Positions 12,316 through 26,215 are shown, numbered from the stretch's first letter. The stretch is 64,000 nucleotides of DNA from Eledone cirrhosa (GCA_964016885.1 OZ024741.1:159526001-159590000), one strand, 5' to 3'. Numbers and translations are program-made. The notes: generated from the letters alone by a model not told the origin.

Positions 12316-12579
12316 TCAGTGTATAGAAAATCATAATCTCTCTATCACTCTCATCACACACTCTCTCTTTCTATATATATGGTAGTTGAAATGGTGGTGG
12401 TGGCGACGATATACCGGAAGTGCAACTTTGAAAAGAAGTCGATTTTAGATTATTTATTTTTACGAAATTATTTGTTTACGAAATTTAGCACATAAATTAT
12501 GTAATATTCATTTATTATTTATTCAAAGTAATCCAACTTTTTTTTACTAACTGGATTAAAAGAAATAAACCGCACGCAG

Positions 12580-12776
12580 TCCCACAGCCCTTGCTTTATT
12601 ATAGTTTAAATTTAGCGTTAAAAATATATTGCCACGAAAAAAGGCATTAAAATAATCTCGGAATATATTTACGATACCGTGAATATGCGGTGGTTTCGTT
12701 CCACTACATTTTTATTAGTTACGTACTAAGGAAAATTCCGCGAATGACTGGGACTACGAATGCCGGGTGTACACTG
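12580..12776. mobile_element. Tigger-like MITE end
   Basis: CTAAGGAAAATTCCGCGAAT..GGGTGTACACTG-TA, shared with 47830-47946. Confidence 0.6.
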
Positions 12777-12961
12777 TATATTATATATATATTATTTATA
12801 TATATATATCTTATATATTTATACATATTATATATAAATATATTGTATATATATATTATATATATTATATATATATTATATAAATATTATATATATATAT
12901 ATGTCTATAATATATATATATATACATGTATGTATATAATATATAATATATATATATAATA

Positions 12962-13348
12962 TAATTGTTTCTACTTTAGGCACAAGGCCAGCAATTCACC
13001 AGTACATTACTGGTACTTTATTTTATCGACCCCGTAAGGATGAAAGGCAAAGTTAACCTCGGCGGGATTTGAACTCAGACCATAAAAGGCCGTAACTCTT
13101 TGATGCAAAGCATGGCGTCCGACCCTCTACCGATACTGCCAATCCACCGCCAATCATAATATAATATCCACCAATCATAATATAATTGTTTCTACTTTTT
13201 GGCACAAGGCCAGCAATTATCCCAGTGTATTACTGGTACTTTATTTTATCGACCCCGTAAGGATGAAATGAACTCAGAATGGCAAGGGCCGTAACTCTAT
13301 ACGTCAAAGCATGGCGTCCGACCCTCTACCAATACTGCCAATCCACCA
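12962..13348 (-). mobile_element. Two tandem Nin-domain SINEs
   Basis: Copies at ~12962-13152 and ~13183-13348; the second lacks part of the core. Confidence 0.85.
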
Positions 13349-13599
13349 ATAAAAGCCAATATGTATTTGTCCGTTACACACTAGAGATGACGGACGAAGG
13401 CAGGGTGATTACATCGACTGAGGAAGGATGGGGTGGTAGAGTTTACTATTAGTTACACCTGCGTGTAACGAAATGGCTACACACATTGGCTGTTATGATT
13501 ATGTGAGTGTTTATGTGTGCTTGTGTAAATTATATTTAGATATAATATTTGTCTGAGTGTATATGTACCGAAGTTTGGTGCCAACCCTTCAAGGTTATT

Positions 13600-14345
13600 C
13601 CTCTTGGTGTAGTTTCGTTGGATTGCTTCAAATTCTGCAGTTCGTTTGACACTGTGGGACGATCAGAGCTGTGAGCAATAGTCCAGTTGGCTGAAGACGA
13701 AAGTCCCCCAGAGGACCAACATAGTTTCCGGGTCTCTTGTCCTGAATGTCCTCAGAATCCAATCCGACAGTCGTCTGCATATTGCCGACATTTTGGTGAT
13801 GTGTGCATGAAATGTTGCATCATTGCTCATGACAATACCCAGATTCCATATTGATTTTGCACCAGGGATTTCAATTCCTCCTGGTCCAGTGTATCGTTGT
13901 AGTGGTAGTCCTATGTTTGTAGGTTGATAGCGGAGGACTTGAAATTTACCTGCATTAAATTGTATATTGTGTTGTTAAAGAGCTCATCTGGCTTATTTAT
14001 TTGCATGTGTCTCATTGAAAGTGTGAAAACACTTTTGTATTGTTCATTCAGTACCTCCCTTCGGTCAGTGAGCTACGTTTATAGAAAAGTGACCCTACCT
14101 CGTAGTGTACCGAGGCGCTCTCTTTTTCAAATTTAAAGAAGGCCTTAGGGTTCGTGTTGATGTTTTCTATAGCCTTTGCTTATCTTTCTGCCCTCTACTT
14201 TTCATGGGAGAGTGAGTTTATTTTCAGTTTGTAACAGTGCCTGCTTCAGATGGTATTCCATCTTGTTCCTTACTTGTGTATGTAGCCGGTTTTTAATCTT
14301 CGTTTTTCTTGTCATAAGGAACACTGTCTCTTGGAATACTATTTT
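13600..14345 (-). pseudogene. CR1-type LINE ORF2 fragments
   Basis: Reverse strand reads LGIVMSNDATFHAHI..WILRTFRTRD..MLVLW..SQLDYCSQL; upstream NPKAFFK. Confidence 0.7.
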
Positions 14346-14358
14346 TGTGTCTGTTGGG

Positions 14359-14420
<62 letters not shown>

Positions 14421-14424
<4 letters not shown>

Positions 14425-14885
14425 ACGTACATACATATATGTATACAGACGTACAGTAGTATGTATATATATACATACATGCACACATATATATATGTAC
14501 GTATGGATTTACCGAGCATTTATTATAATGCTCGGTTTGTTTGTAAACAAACATCCCGAATTAAGCCGTACAGTGTTTAGCAACCATCGTTGCCCTTTTG
14601 TTATATACTTTCAGACGTTCAATCATCTGGCAGGAAGGTATACGGTGCTGACGATAGCTAATAAGCTTGAAACTAGTACATAGTTCCTTTGTCAGTGTTG
14701 AACAAAAGGGCAACGATGGTTGCTAAACACTGTACGGCTTAATTCAGGATGTTTGTTTACAAACAAACCGAGCATTATAATAAATGCTCGGTAAATCCAT
14801 ACGTACATATATATATGTGTGCATGTATGTATATATATACATACTACTGTACGTCTGTATATATATATGTATGTACGTATACATA
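14421..14885. mobile_element. Fold-back unit: ~182-bp inverted arms with a hammerhead in the loop
   Basis: Arms 14421-14602 and 14701-14882 are near-identical reverse complements; flanked by (TA)n. Confidence 0.85.
14627..14695 (+). ncRNA. Type I hammerhead ribozyme
   Basis: CTGACGA at 14648, stem II AGCT-AATA-AGCT, GAAAC-TA-GTA, extended stem I CTGGCAGGAAGG/CCTTTGTCAG. Confidence 0.75.
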
Positions 14886-14946
14886 CTTATATTTAAGTAA
14901 CAGCCGTACTAAGAGTGAGAAATGAAATTTCGTTTCATTTTTTGCC

Positions 14947-15018
<72 letters not shown>

Positions 15019-15059
15019 ATGAGTGTGTATGTGTGTGTGTGCGTGTGTGTGTGTATTAC

Positions 15060-15114
<55 letters not shown>

Positions 15115-15169
15115 GTAATACACACACACACACGCACGCACACACACACACGCACATACACACACATAC

Positions 15170-15285
15170 TTTGCCTTTCATCCTTAAGGGGTCGATAAAA
15201 TAAAGTACCAGTCACGCACTGAGGTCGATTTAATCCACTTTCCTCTCCCCCAAAATTGCTGGCCTTTGCCTATATAAGAAACCAT

Positions 15286-15328
<43 letters not shown>

Positions 15329-15548
15329 ATAATAATAATAATGGCTTCTTATATAGGCAACGGCCAGCAATTTTGGGGGAGAGGAAAGTCGATTAAATCG
15401 ACCTCAGTGCGTGACTGGTACTTTATTTTATCGACCTCTTAAGGATGAAAGGCAAAGTTAACCTCGGCAGGATTTGAACTCAAATCGTAAAGGGCTGTAA
15501 CTCTATGCTGCGGAGATGGCGTTCAACCCTCTACCGATACTGCCGCCG
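15170..15548. mobile_element. Tail-to-tail pair of Nin SINE copies around a (TA)n/(AAT)n tract
   Basis: 15170-15288 (+, partial) and 15340-15548 (-) share diagnostic variants such as CCTTAAG and CACGCACTGAGG. Confidence 0.8.
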
Positions 15549-15638
15549 ATATACATATATTCTATTGGCAACATGACCATCCCGAAATATGACAATATAT
15601 ACATATATATATACATATTTAATATATATATAATATAT

Positions 15639-15671
<33 letters not shown>

Positions 15672-15901
15672 ATGTGTGAATGTGTGTGTGTGTGTGTAAA
15701 AACAATTGATTACACTATAAACAACTTCAAAAATATGAAATATAAACACTAAATGCAAATATATCAAATATAGATGCACACACGCACACATACACACACA
15801 CACGCACGCACACACGCACACACACGCATTCATATTTGTTTTTATATTAATTAGTTTTGTTTCATATTTTTATATTTGTATTTCATATTTCATTATTTTT
15901 G

Positions 15902-16040
<139 letters not shown>

Positions 16041-16191
16041 AATTAAACACAAAAAATGAAATCCATTTCATATTTTAGTGAAATTTGATACGTGTTTCAT
16101 CTGACCGAGAATTTTTCAAAGAAAAATTTTTGAAACTGTTTGAAAGCAATCAAAAGTGAATCTATATTTTAGAAAACATAATCTTTATTAA

Positions 16192-16271
<80 letters not shown>

Positions 16272-16614
16272 GTGCGTGTGTGTGTAACGATTAATATAGC
16301 TGTATATATGTATGAATGAATTGATTAGGCAGACGATAATATTATTGTAGCGATCTTCTCTTGAAATTAAAGCAGGCTATAAGGAATTTTAAAAATAAAT
16401 CTTTGAGAATGTTTAAAATCAATCAGAAGAATTTTCTGCTGAGCATTTACGAATCAAGAATTTAAGTAGAAAAAAAAAATGTTGACCGGAAAATTGAAAC
16501 GAAATGGGAGATTTGTAAAAAGAAAATATAACTTAGAATTGATTAAACAGACATTAATATGGTGGACGTCTGTTGAAATGTAAGTAAATCTTCTGAAATA
16601 ATAAAGTCTAACTC

Positions 16615-17460
16615 AGGCTCAAGGCCAGCAATTTGAGAAAAAGCAAAAGTCGATTATACTGACCCAAGTACTTTACTGGTACTTTATTCTGTCGAACTCA
16701 GAAGGATGAAAAGCAAAGTCAACTCTGAGGGATTTGAACTCAGAACGCAATAGGCCGTAACACTATGTCACAAAGCATGTTGACCGACGCTCTATTGATA
16801 CTGCCAATCCACCACCCTAACCATCTGAAATATCTAATTGTTTCTACTATAGGCACAAGGCCAACAATTTGAAAGGGAAGCGGGAAAGTCGATTAAATCG
16901 ATCCTAGTTCTTACTGGTACTTTATTTTATCGATTTCAGAATGATGAAAGGCAAAGTCGATTCTGACGGGATTTGAGCTCAGAACGTAAAAGGTCGTAAC
17001 TCTATGCCAAAAAGCATTTTGTCCGACGCTCTATCGATTCTGCCAATCCACCGCTCTAACCATCTGAAATAATGAAGTATGGTATACAGCATTGGTTGCA
17101 GAAATTGTTGAACCCATATCTATTGGTTATAGACATTCCCCACCATCTCAATTAAGACAGTAAATGAAACAAAAGTATTTTTGAGAATCTTTATGTATGT
17201 ATGGACCCGTAACACCCGGTGAAATTATTTGGGCATTTTTAGCCGGGTTGAGCCCATCCCCTCCAGCTTTGAACACAGTCGATTTCTTCCAAAGAATGAG
17301 AGGAAGTAAGAAAGAGGGAGAATCAATACAAGTACTGAACTGGTACTTTTTTTTCAACCTCGAAAGGATGAAAGGCAAAGTTGACCTCGGCGAGATTTGA
17401 ATTCACAGCATGAAGAGTCGGAACGAATAACTTAAGGCATTTTATCTGACGTTTTAACGA
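16615..17460 (-). mobile_element. Cluster of diverged Nin SINE copies
   Basis: Cores at ~16680, ~16920 and ~17340. Confidence 0.75.
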
Positions 17461-18341
17461 CTAACAAATCGGCGTTTAGAAAATTTATCTCCCGGATTCA
17501 CATAATTTTTTTCGTGGACCCCACTTTGGGAAGCATTGAAATTCAGAATTATTGATACAATAACAAATGATAGAGTCACACACACACACACACACACATA
17601 TATATACATACGCACACACACAAACAGACACACATAGACAAACAGACAGACATACAGACACACACACAGACACAGACACACAGACACATACGCAAACAAA
17701 CACATACACAGACAGACACACACAGACACCCACACACACATAGACAGATACAGACATACATACAGACACACACACACACACGTTGGCGTTTATCTACTGC
17801 GGTAAGTAATATTTCAGGTTATCGAACCCAATCAAACCTTAAACATCAATGATGACTCTTCATAAGTGATGATGAGATTTTAATTACTCTCCCACTAACA
17901 CACACAGACACACACACACACAGCTTCACCACATACACACACACAGCTTCTCCACATACAGCTTTTTACAACCTCTCTACATACGATAGTCACACACTCT
18001 TTACTTTATATACTAACTCCACACACAGACTTCTTACACACCCTACGCAACTCGTCCACATACATCATCTCCATACACTATTTCCATATACAGTCTACCT
18101 TAAACACTACCTACACACACTCCCTATACCTACACCCTCCAGCTACACTACCTCTACACATACATCATCCCTACACACTATTGCCACATGCAGCCTCTCA
18201 TTAACACTGATTAGCTACTCTAATTAACATCAACAGTCATTCATGAATACTTCACTGGAACTCGTTGACTATATAGTCTTCCTAACAAATTTGCCTGGGA
18301 CTTTGTAAATTTATGTACATATGTGTGTGTGTGTCTGTATG

Positions 18342-18536
18342 CAGACCTGCCAACCTTAAAACCCCAAACGGGGAGTACCATGAAACAGAAGTGCCCCCAA
18401 AGTGGGAGAAATGATGCAAAATGGGGAGATTTTACATAATGAAAGCTAAACCTATTTTCACAAGAGAAGACATTTCACACCCACCACAAAGTGGGTGGAA
18501 GATATCCCCGTCGGACGGGGAGAGTTGACAGGTCTG
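18342..18536. mobile_element. MITE with hAT-like TIRs
   Basis: CAGACCTGCCAAC / GTTGACAGGTCTG. Confidence 0.7.
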
Positions 18537-18584
18537 ATTTTGCCTGGTACTTTGTAAATTTATGTATGTATGTGTGAGTGTATG

Positions 18585-18624
<40 letters not shown>

Positions 18625-19020
18625 GTTTTACGTCCGCTTTTCACACTGGTAGGGGTTGGACGAGTTGTCACGGTCCGTGGCATCTTGCAGAATCTTCAGA
18701 CACGCCTTCCTGAGTATCCTATCAGAAAACAATTATCTTCAGATAATCTGGCTGGATCCCCAAACGAAACCAACCGACCTTATAGATGTTAACCGACCAT
18801 CTTGCTCACCCATACGTGCTATTCTCCCCTCACTCTGCTGCCGATGTTATCCAAGGGAAAAGCAAAGGCCGATATATCTTGGCCCCAATCTTTCCAGCAG
18901 GATAGAATGGAGCAATATGAAATATAGTGTCTTGCTCAAGTACACAATACGCAGCGTAGCCCAGGAATCGAACTCGTGATCTTACAATTGTGAGCCCCAC
19001 GCTCTACCCACTAAACCATG
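18585..19020 (-). mobile_element. tRNA-derived CORE-type SINE with (TGA)n tail
   Basis: Reverse strand has TGGTTTAGTGGGTAGAGC..GAGTTCGATTCC, then the CORE-like GTGTACTTGAGCAAGACACT; (CAT)n at 18585-18623. Confidence 0.7.
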
Positions 19021-19024
19021 CACT

Positions 19025-19556
19025 TTGCCTTCCATCCTTTCGGAGGTGGGGTGTCATAAAATAAAGTACCCGTTAAGTACTCGGGTCGATTAAATCGACT
19101 TTTCCCTCTCCCTAAATTGTTGGCCTTGTGCCTAAATCAGAAACCATTATTATTTAGCGGGGTGGATTGGCAGCATCGGTAGAGCATCGGACAGCATGCT
19201 TTGTGGCATATAGTTACATCCCTTTACGTTCTGAGTTCAAATCCCGCCGAGGCTAGCTTGGCCTGTTATCCTCACGGATTCGATAAAATAAAGTACCAGT
19301 AACGCACTAGTGTCGATATAATCTACTTTCCCTTCCCTTAAAATGGTTGGCCTAGAAATTATTATTATTGCAGTGTTGCAATAATAATGCACTGGGTAAC
19401 TGCTGGCCTTGTGCCAAAAGTAGAACCCATTATTATTGCAGTGTTGCGGGCGGTGGATTAGCAATATTATTAGAATGTCGGACAACTTGCTTTGCAGCAT
19501 ATACTTACGGCCCTTTACGTTCTGAGTCCAAATCACACCGAGGTTAGTTTTGTCTT
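19025..19556 (+). mobile_element. Cluster of Nin SINE copies and fragments
   Basis: Repeated heads, cores and GCTGGCCTTGTGCC tails. Confidence 0.75.
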
Positions 19557-19713
19557 CAGTGCCATATTTAGGACAAATGAGGCCTGTGCTAGTTAAGTTT
19601 ACTTGGGCGCTGAAGGAGGTAAAACATTTTTTGTGCAGGAAGATGCTCCTCCACCCTGGCCAACGGGGCCCTGTGCTTAAGCTCAGTTAAGTACAATGGT
19701 AAATCCGGCACTG
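19557..19713. mobile_element. hAT-type MITE with 8-bp TSD, inserted into a SINE
   Basis: TIRs CAGTGCC..ATTTA / TAAATCCGGCACTG; TTTGTCTT on both flanks. Confidence 0.75.
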
Positions 19714-19879
19714 TTTGTCTTTCATTCTTTTAAATAATTGCAATGAGAGAACGTATACAATGACTAAAGAAAAACAGCTATATACATGTAAGCGACATGC
19801 AAAAGTACCTGAAATCCAACCACAGCCGGCTATTGGCACATATTCTTCATTGACAATATGGAATGATACGCGATGTGCC

Positions 19880-20850
19880 CCCCCCCCCCCCTCCACATAC
19901 CCGGAGGACAGGATGGAGAAGGCGTTTCCCGCGGAGGACGGCAAGGGAGACGCGCTGGAAAAGCCACACCAACTCGCGGGGATCACACCTGCGGCTGGCC
20001 AGCTCAGCGCCTATGGTGGTGAGTAGGGAGGTAGCCCTAGGGCCGAGGACACCAGAAGTTTCCACTGCCAAGGGTACAACCGCAAACTTGTCGGAGAGCG
20101 ACCCGTGTTTGAGGAGTTTGGCCTCCTCAGCCCGACGTGCAGCAGAACCTGGGTTAGTCGCAGACTGCACAAGGTTGGGGCTGCAGAAAGTATCGGTGCA
20201 AGTGGCATTCCAGACGATGATTTGCCACCGCGGAACGGGAAGATGGTCATGCCATCTGGCCTTTTGCCGTCCCGTCGGTTCAGCCCCACCGGCTCGAGCT
20301 GGGAAGAGAAGCCTGCAGCGTCCAAGCCATGCTTTATGACCTCGTTGAGGGCAGCATAGCGTGGAAGGCGGCCAGCACTGTGGCGACAGGAAATCGAGTG
20401 GCAGACGAAAGAGTCCACGGTGGATCCGCAGCGACATTGGTGTGGCTCGCAGATCCGGAGGCCGAGCCTCAAGGAAACGCCGATGAGCAAGCTATTGTTG
20501 TCTAGCTGCGTGCCAGTGGAGAAGGAGGGCAGGGCATGGAGCCAGCCACCACTGTGAGGTTTGGAGGCCGCACGAAAATAGGCATGGCGGTACTGGTCGA
20601 GCTGGCGCGTGAGCCTGTCTGAGGCCAGGTTGCACTGGATGGCATCCCAAGTGCTTTGGGGGGACTTGACATCAACAGGAGGAGAAGGAGGGACATCTGC
20701 TGGGCTAAGTCCCAGCCGGTCCCACGTCTTACAGGCGGCCTGACGTTCTCTGAACACAGAGGGTTCTATTGTGTTTTGAAGAATCCTGCTGACGAGGACG
20801 CGGCACGAGGTTACCGACGAAAGATACGCAGGTAAAGTGGGCCTGTGCCA
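19880..20850 (-). pseudogene. CRE-clade non-LTR retrotransposon 3' part (zinc knuckle plus restriction-like endonuclease)
   Basis: SGGWLHALP..G..LD..LRLG, CRCG..H..SC, EP.GL.R.DGKRPDG, D/NATC.DT, AEEAK..K, PLAVETSG..G, LFQRVSLAVLRGNA; frameshifted. Confidence 0.8.
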
Positions 20851-21681
20851 TCCAATGTCGTCAAACTTGACGTTGCATATCTCCTTGGCTGCTGTTCGGA
20901 TACAAGTATCGAGGTCAGCGAGGAGAGATGTGTGGGTGTAGCACGGAGCGCTGCGAAGGGTATAGAGGAGTATGGGGTCGACAAGGGCGGTGGAATGGCA
21001 GTATCGGTAGAGGATCGGACGTCATATTCTGCAGCATAAAGTTACAGCCCCTTATGAGTTTCCCTGCCCCCAGAATTGCTGGCCTTGTACCTATATAAGA
21101 AACTATTCTTATGGGGTCGATAATATATAGCAACAGTAATGAACTAGGGACGATTTAATCGACTTTACCCTTTCCTTCAAATTGCTGGCCTAAAGTAGAA
21201 ATAATTATCATTGCAGAGTCGAAGCAAAAGCAGTGAAGAACTGGACTATATAAATGTTGAGTCAAGTCTAGATAAATAAATGCCAGGTGTATACGAGGGT
21301 AAATTCAGTAAATTGTATCCACTTCATTGCGTGCCAATTTGAGAAATAATTAGAGAAAATCAAATTATTAGGAAAACATCAAAAACAAAAATTAAATTAA
21401 TCAAACAAACAACACCTCATCACACTGCAACAACATCAAACAAATTACATATATTTATATATAAGTATAAGTATGTATATATAAATATAAATAAATACAC
21501 CGCTCACACACACACACACACACACACACGCGTAGTACACAGCTCTAACCCACACTTCCTTAACAAAACCACTATCTCATCTATTCTAACTCTTTTACAG
21601 GAAAATAATCTTTGATCTGATTGGCAAATCAATGGTAAAAATGAAATACACAAACACATAAATACATATATGTGTATATCA

Positions 21682-21790
<109 letters not shown>

Positions 21791-21805
21791 CATATATATA
21801 TATAC

Positions 21806-21872
<67 letters not shown>

Positions 21873-21934
21873 TTATATATATAATATATGTATATATATA
21901 TATATATATATATGATATATATAATATATATGTA

Positions 21935-21995
<61 letters not shown>

Positions 21996-22061
21996 AACAC
22001 GCACAAATATATATATGTATATGTGTGTATATATATCCAGCCCGATAAGTTGAGCACTCTA

Positions 22062-22121
<60 letters not shown>

Positions 22122-22138
22122 TATATATATATCTGTAT

Positions 22139-22174
<36 letters not shown>

Positions 22175-22423
22175 CAATAAGTAAATAGATGAATAAATCT
22201 AATTAGTTTAAATGAAGACACCGGCATAACGGGAATTAACGAAGCAATGGTGCTTAGAAATGACAGCGCTTAATAACACACACACACACAAACACACAGA
22301 TACACAGATACACAGATACACAGATACACAGATACACACACAAACACTCATATCTACATGTATGTATATAAATATGTATATAAATATATACTATATATAC
22401 ACACACACACATATATATAATCG

Positions 22424-22543
<120 letters not shown>

Positions 22544-23035
22544 TACGATTATATATATATATGGATATATGGATATATATATAAATGAAAATAGAGAAAT
22601 TAATGTAAGAAAAATGGCAACAATAATTCAGACATATAAGTGACTATACCATCAAGATGAAAATATTTTTAATGTAAGATGAGAGAAAAGTAATACAATC
22701 TTAATTTAAAACAAATCAAGAAGAAAAACTTTATCCTCAGACTTTGCGTAAGTTGGGGAAAAAGCAGTACAATCTTAACTCAAAATAAAATCAAGAAGAA
22801 ATACTTAACCGTCAATTTGGGGAAAACTACCAATGCACTATATAGTCTTAAAAGACTATTTCACGAAACCTTTCAGTGGGGTTAGTCACGTTTGGTATCG
22901 ATATGCAATAGTGCTCAACACATTAACTAGATCCCCCTGCTAAAATGGTGGAGGGGAATTAAAAGCAGGCAAGCGACAGCGCGTAGAATTGAAATAACAA
23001 AACACACACACACATATATATATATGTGGATATAT

Positions 23036-23090
<55 letters not shown>

Positions 23091-23099
23091 TGGATATAT

Positions 23100-23157
<58 letters not shown>

Positions 23158-23176
23158 TGTATATATAGATATGTAC

Positions 23177-23251
<75 letters not shown>

Positions 23252-23489
23252 TATGTGCGTGTGTGTGTGTGTCTGTGTGTGGTTGATGGCTGCGAGAAAA
23301 GAGTACTCAATACTGAAGTAGAGTTACAATATTTCATTTTATTAAGGCTAAATAGTGAGTCTTGTTACTCTGGAGTTTCACCTGGTTATCACAGTGTCAT
23401 CAGACAAGAACTAACGTTTCAATAGCGGACACAGTATAAATATAGGAAGACTCGAGGCGGGGTACGGGGATTTAATTGAAGAGGGGTAT

Positions 23490-23665
23490 ATATATAACGA
23501 AGGAATTGTGGTAAGGAACCAGATGGGCCATAACGCACCAAAGTACTCAATACTTAGTGTAGTAGAGTGGATAATAGGAACAAGTATGACCCCGACGGCA
23601 GAGCTCAAGCCGTTTCGACGTCGAAACGGCTTGAGCTCTGCCGTCGGGGTCATACTTGTTCCTAT
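23490..23665 (-). mobile_element. Short PLE-pLTR-like unit ending in a 92-bp perfect palindrome
   Basis: Palindrome 23574-23665; homologous to 26625-26773. Confidence 0.6.
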
Positions 23666-23744
23666 ATATATAAATGTATATACACATACGTATACATATC
23701 CGCGCATGTAAATCTAAATATATATATATACAAATGTATACATA

Positions 23745-24200
23745 TATGATGGCTGCAACTCGATTTCGAGTAATGCCATCGCTTGATATTTAAACATGAG
23801 CATCACGGACGAGGCTTTTTAGTCCTGCTAGGGTCTTACCTGTGGCCAGCAATACCATGCATCGCAGAAAAATGTCACATATTGAGTGATGCCTGTGTTT
23901 GAAGCTTTTTTTTTTAATTCAGGAAAGGCTTTGTACGAGCCCAATCCCACTTTCTGAACATCGAATGCATTTGCCGAAAAAGAAGAACTGGTCTACATCA
24001 TTGGATGCAAACTAAGTCACATGTTTTATATCAGAGTCACTTTCTCCTAGAAAGATGTCTTAATGAAGACTAGGAGTCTCTCGCACCACACACACTTTAT
24101 TGGATGGCCGTTGACTGTCCCGAGTTCCTCCACCCTTTGACGGGTTTTGTTTTTCATCCCACAGAGTGTCCAAAAACACCCTCCTGAAGAAGCAAGCTGT
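23745..24200. repeat. Interspersed repeat with a second diverged copy at 49063-49660
   Basis: Shared blocks GATGGCTGC, GAGCCCAATCCCACT and TTGGATGG.CGTTGACT..GTGTCCAAAA..CCCTCCT. Confidence 0.55.
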
Positions 24201-24324
24201 ACATACATATACACATTCACACATATATAATCACACACACGCACACACATACACACATACAAATGAACGTCCATCTACAAATGCGTACATACATACACAT
24301 AAAAATACGCGCAAATATATAAAT

Positions 24325-24645
24325 AATTGTTTCTACTATTGGCACAAGGCCAGCAATTACTCAGTTCATTACTGGTACTTTATTTTATCGATCCCGTAAG
24401 GATGAAAGGCAAAGTTAACCTCGGTGTGATTTGAACTCAGAATGGCAAGGGTCGTAACTCTATGCGTCAAAACATGGTGTCCGACCCTCTACCGATACTG
24501 CCAATCCACTGCGCAAATATATAAATAATTGTTTCTACTTTTGGCACAAGGCCAGCAATTACCCAGTACATTACTGGTACTTTATTTTATCGACCCCGTA
24601 AGGATGAAAGGCAAAGTTAACCTCGGCGGAATTTGAATTCAGAAT
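24325..24645 (-). mobile_element. Two Nin SINEs; the second sits at the TSD of the first
   Basis: GCGCAAATATATAAATAATT duplicated at ~24309 and ~24511. Confidence 0.85.
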
Positions 24646-25539
24646 GAATATGAATATGAATATACAAATTCCAATGCATGCATACATATATATGATGGGT
24701 GGATAGGTGTAAGGGTACTGTGGTGGGGAGGGTGGGAGTAGTGGTGATGACGGTGGTGGTGTTGGTGTAGTGGGAATGAATAAAGAATATAAAACGATGT
24801 AGTTTAAAAGATTAAAGAATTAAGTACGATGAAGATTATTGGAATATAAAATTATAGGAGCTATGATGGATGAATGTGTAAGTGATGGTCGGGTGGTATT
24901 GGTGTTAAGTAAATATGTGAAATATATAAGATATATGAATATAACTTATGGAGATATAACTACAATGAAGATTATGGAAATATAGATATTATGGAATTAT
25001 ATATGATGATGATAGTGGTGTTGGCGGGGTGGTGTGGGTGTTAGGCACATATAAGGTATGAGGAATAAAGGAAGTAAAGAAAAAATGAAAAATGAAGAAG
25101 GGAAATGAAAAATGGAAAAATGAAAAGTTGAAAAGTTGGGAAGATGACAAAATGACAAAAACGACAGAATGACAAAATGGAAGAAAAGAAATTAAAAATT
25201 GAAAATTTATTATAATATAATATGAAGTAAACTAAAATATAAAGATTAAAAGAATATAAGGAAGGTGGAGGTCATGGAATTATAGAGTATAATGTATGAC
25301 ATATAACACATAAGAGTGGTGAAATATATGAAACATTGTTTTTGATGTTGGGTTACCCGCAATTAGTGAGGCAGTGGTTACCGAGATATAGAGTCTAGAC
25401 AGAGTGGGGTGGTGGATGTCTTCCGACATTTTCACAATCTAGTACACATCGGTATCAGGTGGGTAATCCGTGGAGTAGTGGGTTGTCCGGTGTACTGTCC
25501 AGTGAGTAGATATGTTTGAAGCAGAACATTTTTGTGTGG

Positions 25540-25960
25540 ACAATGTCTCCTCCTGAGAGTTCAAGATGTTAGTTCATGGGGTTAGGATATTTAGTTTTTC
25601 AGGTGGTACATAAGTGGCATCTCGTGCCACATCCGTTGTAGGCTTTCGCCTTGTAGGGTTTGTCATTCAGCTGTCTTTCAATTGCCAAATATATATTTTG
25701 ACAGAGATGTTGAATTCTGCAATCATCTGTTATTGAACGAAAGCGGGATTTAAATATATTGTTGGTCAGTCCAAAGTAGAATTTTCATTGTACTTCTGTT
25801 TTATATACGAATTCACTGAACAGGCATTTATTCTTCAGTGAGCATCGAGTTTGGTTTTTGCAATTACACCCCCGGGATGCGTGTGACGTGTCTTTAGTTT
25901 GCGTGGTTTGCTTGTTCAGGTTTTGTGATCCTATATTATTGAAGCAGCTGTAGCTTACCT
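25540..25960 (-). pseudogene. PLE GIY-YIG fragment (Hydra-like)
   Basis: VSYSCFNNIGS..GCNCKNQTRCSLKNKCL..FVYK..YFGLTNN.FKSRF; flanked by inverted blocks 25352-25390 and 25960-26010. Confidence 0.65.
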
Positions 25961-26171
25961 ATATCTCGGCAACCACTGCCACCCACTAAGCTTCACTAAC
26001 TGCGGGTAACAATATAAGACTCAGAGACACGCACACACAGCCACACCCATGACACATGGACCCTCCACTTGGGCTCCAACTCTCGAATGCCAGACCTCCA
26101 CCTACTACTCCCTAATTAACAATCTTTTCGAAACTTTCACGTATCTACCTGTTCTATCCCTATCCGAACTC

Positions 26172-26215
26172 TCCATTTCCTGACGAAGGACTTCCGCCAG
26201 AAACGTAGATCGCTA
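26172..26215 (+). ncRNA. Minimal, degenerate hammerhead motif
   Basis: CTGACGA at 26180 followed by GAAAC-GTA; stems are weak. Confidence 0.4.

Noticed and set aside
18940-19020. tRNA gene
   Set aside because: It is a tRNA-like SINE head with broken stems that continues into a CORE-like domain.
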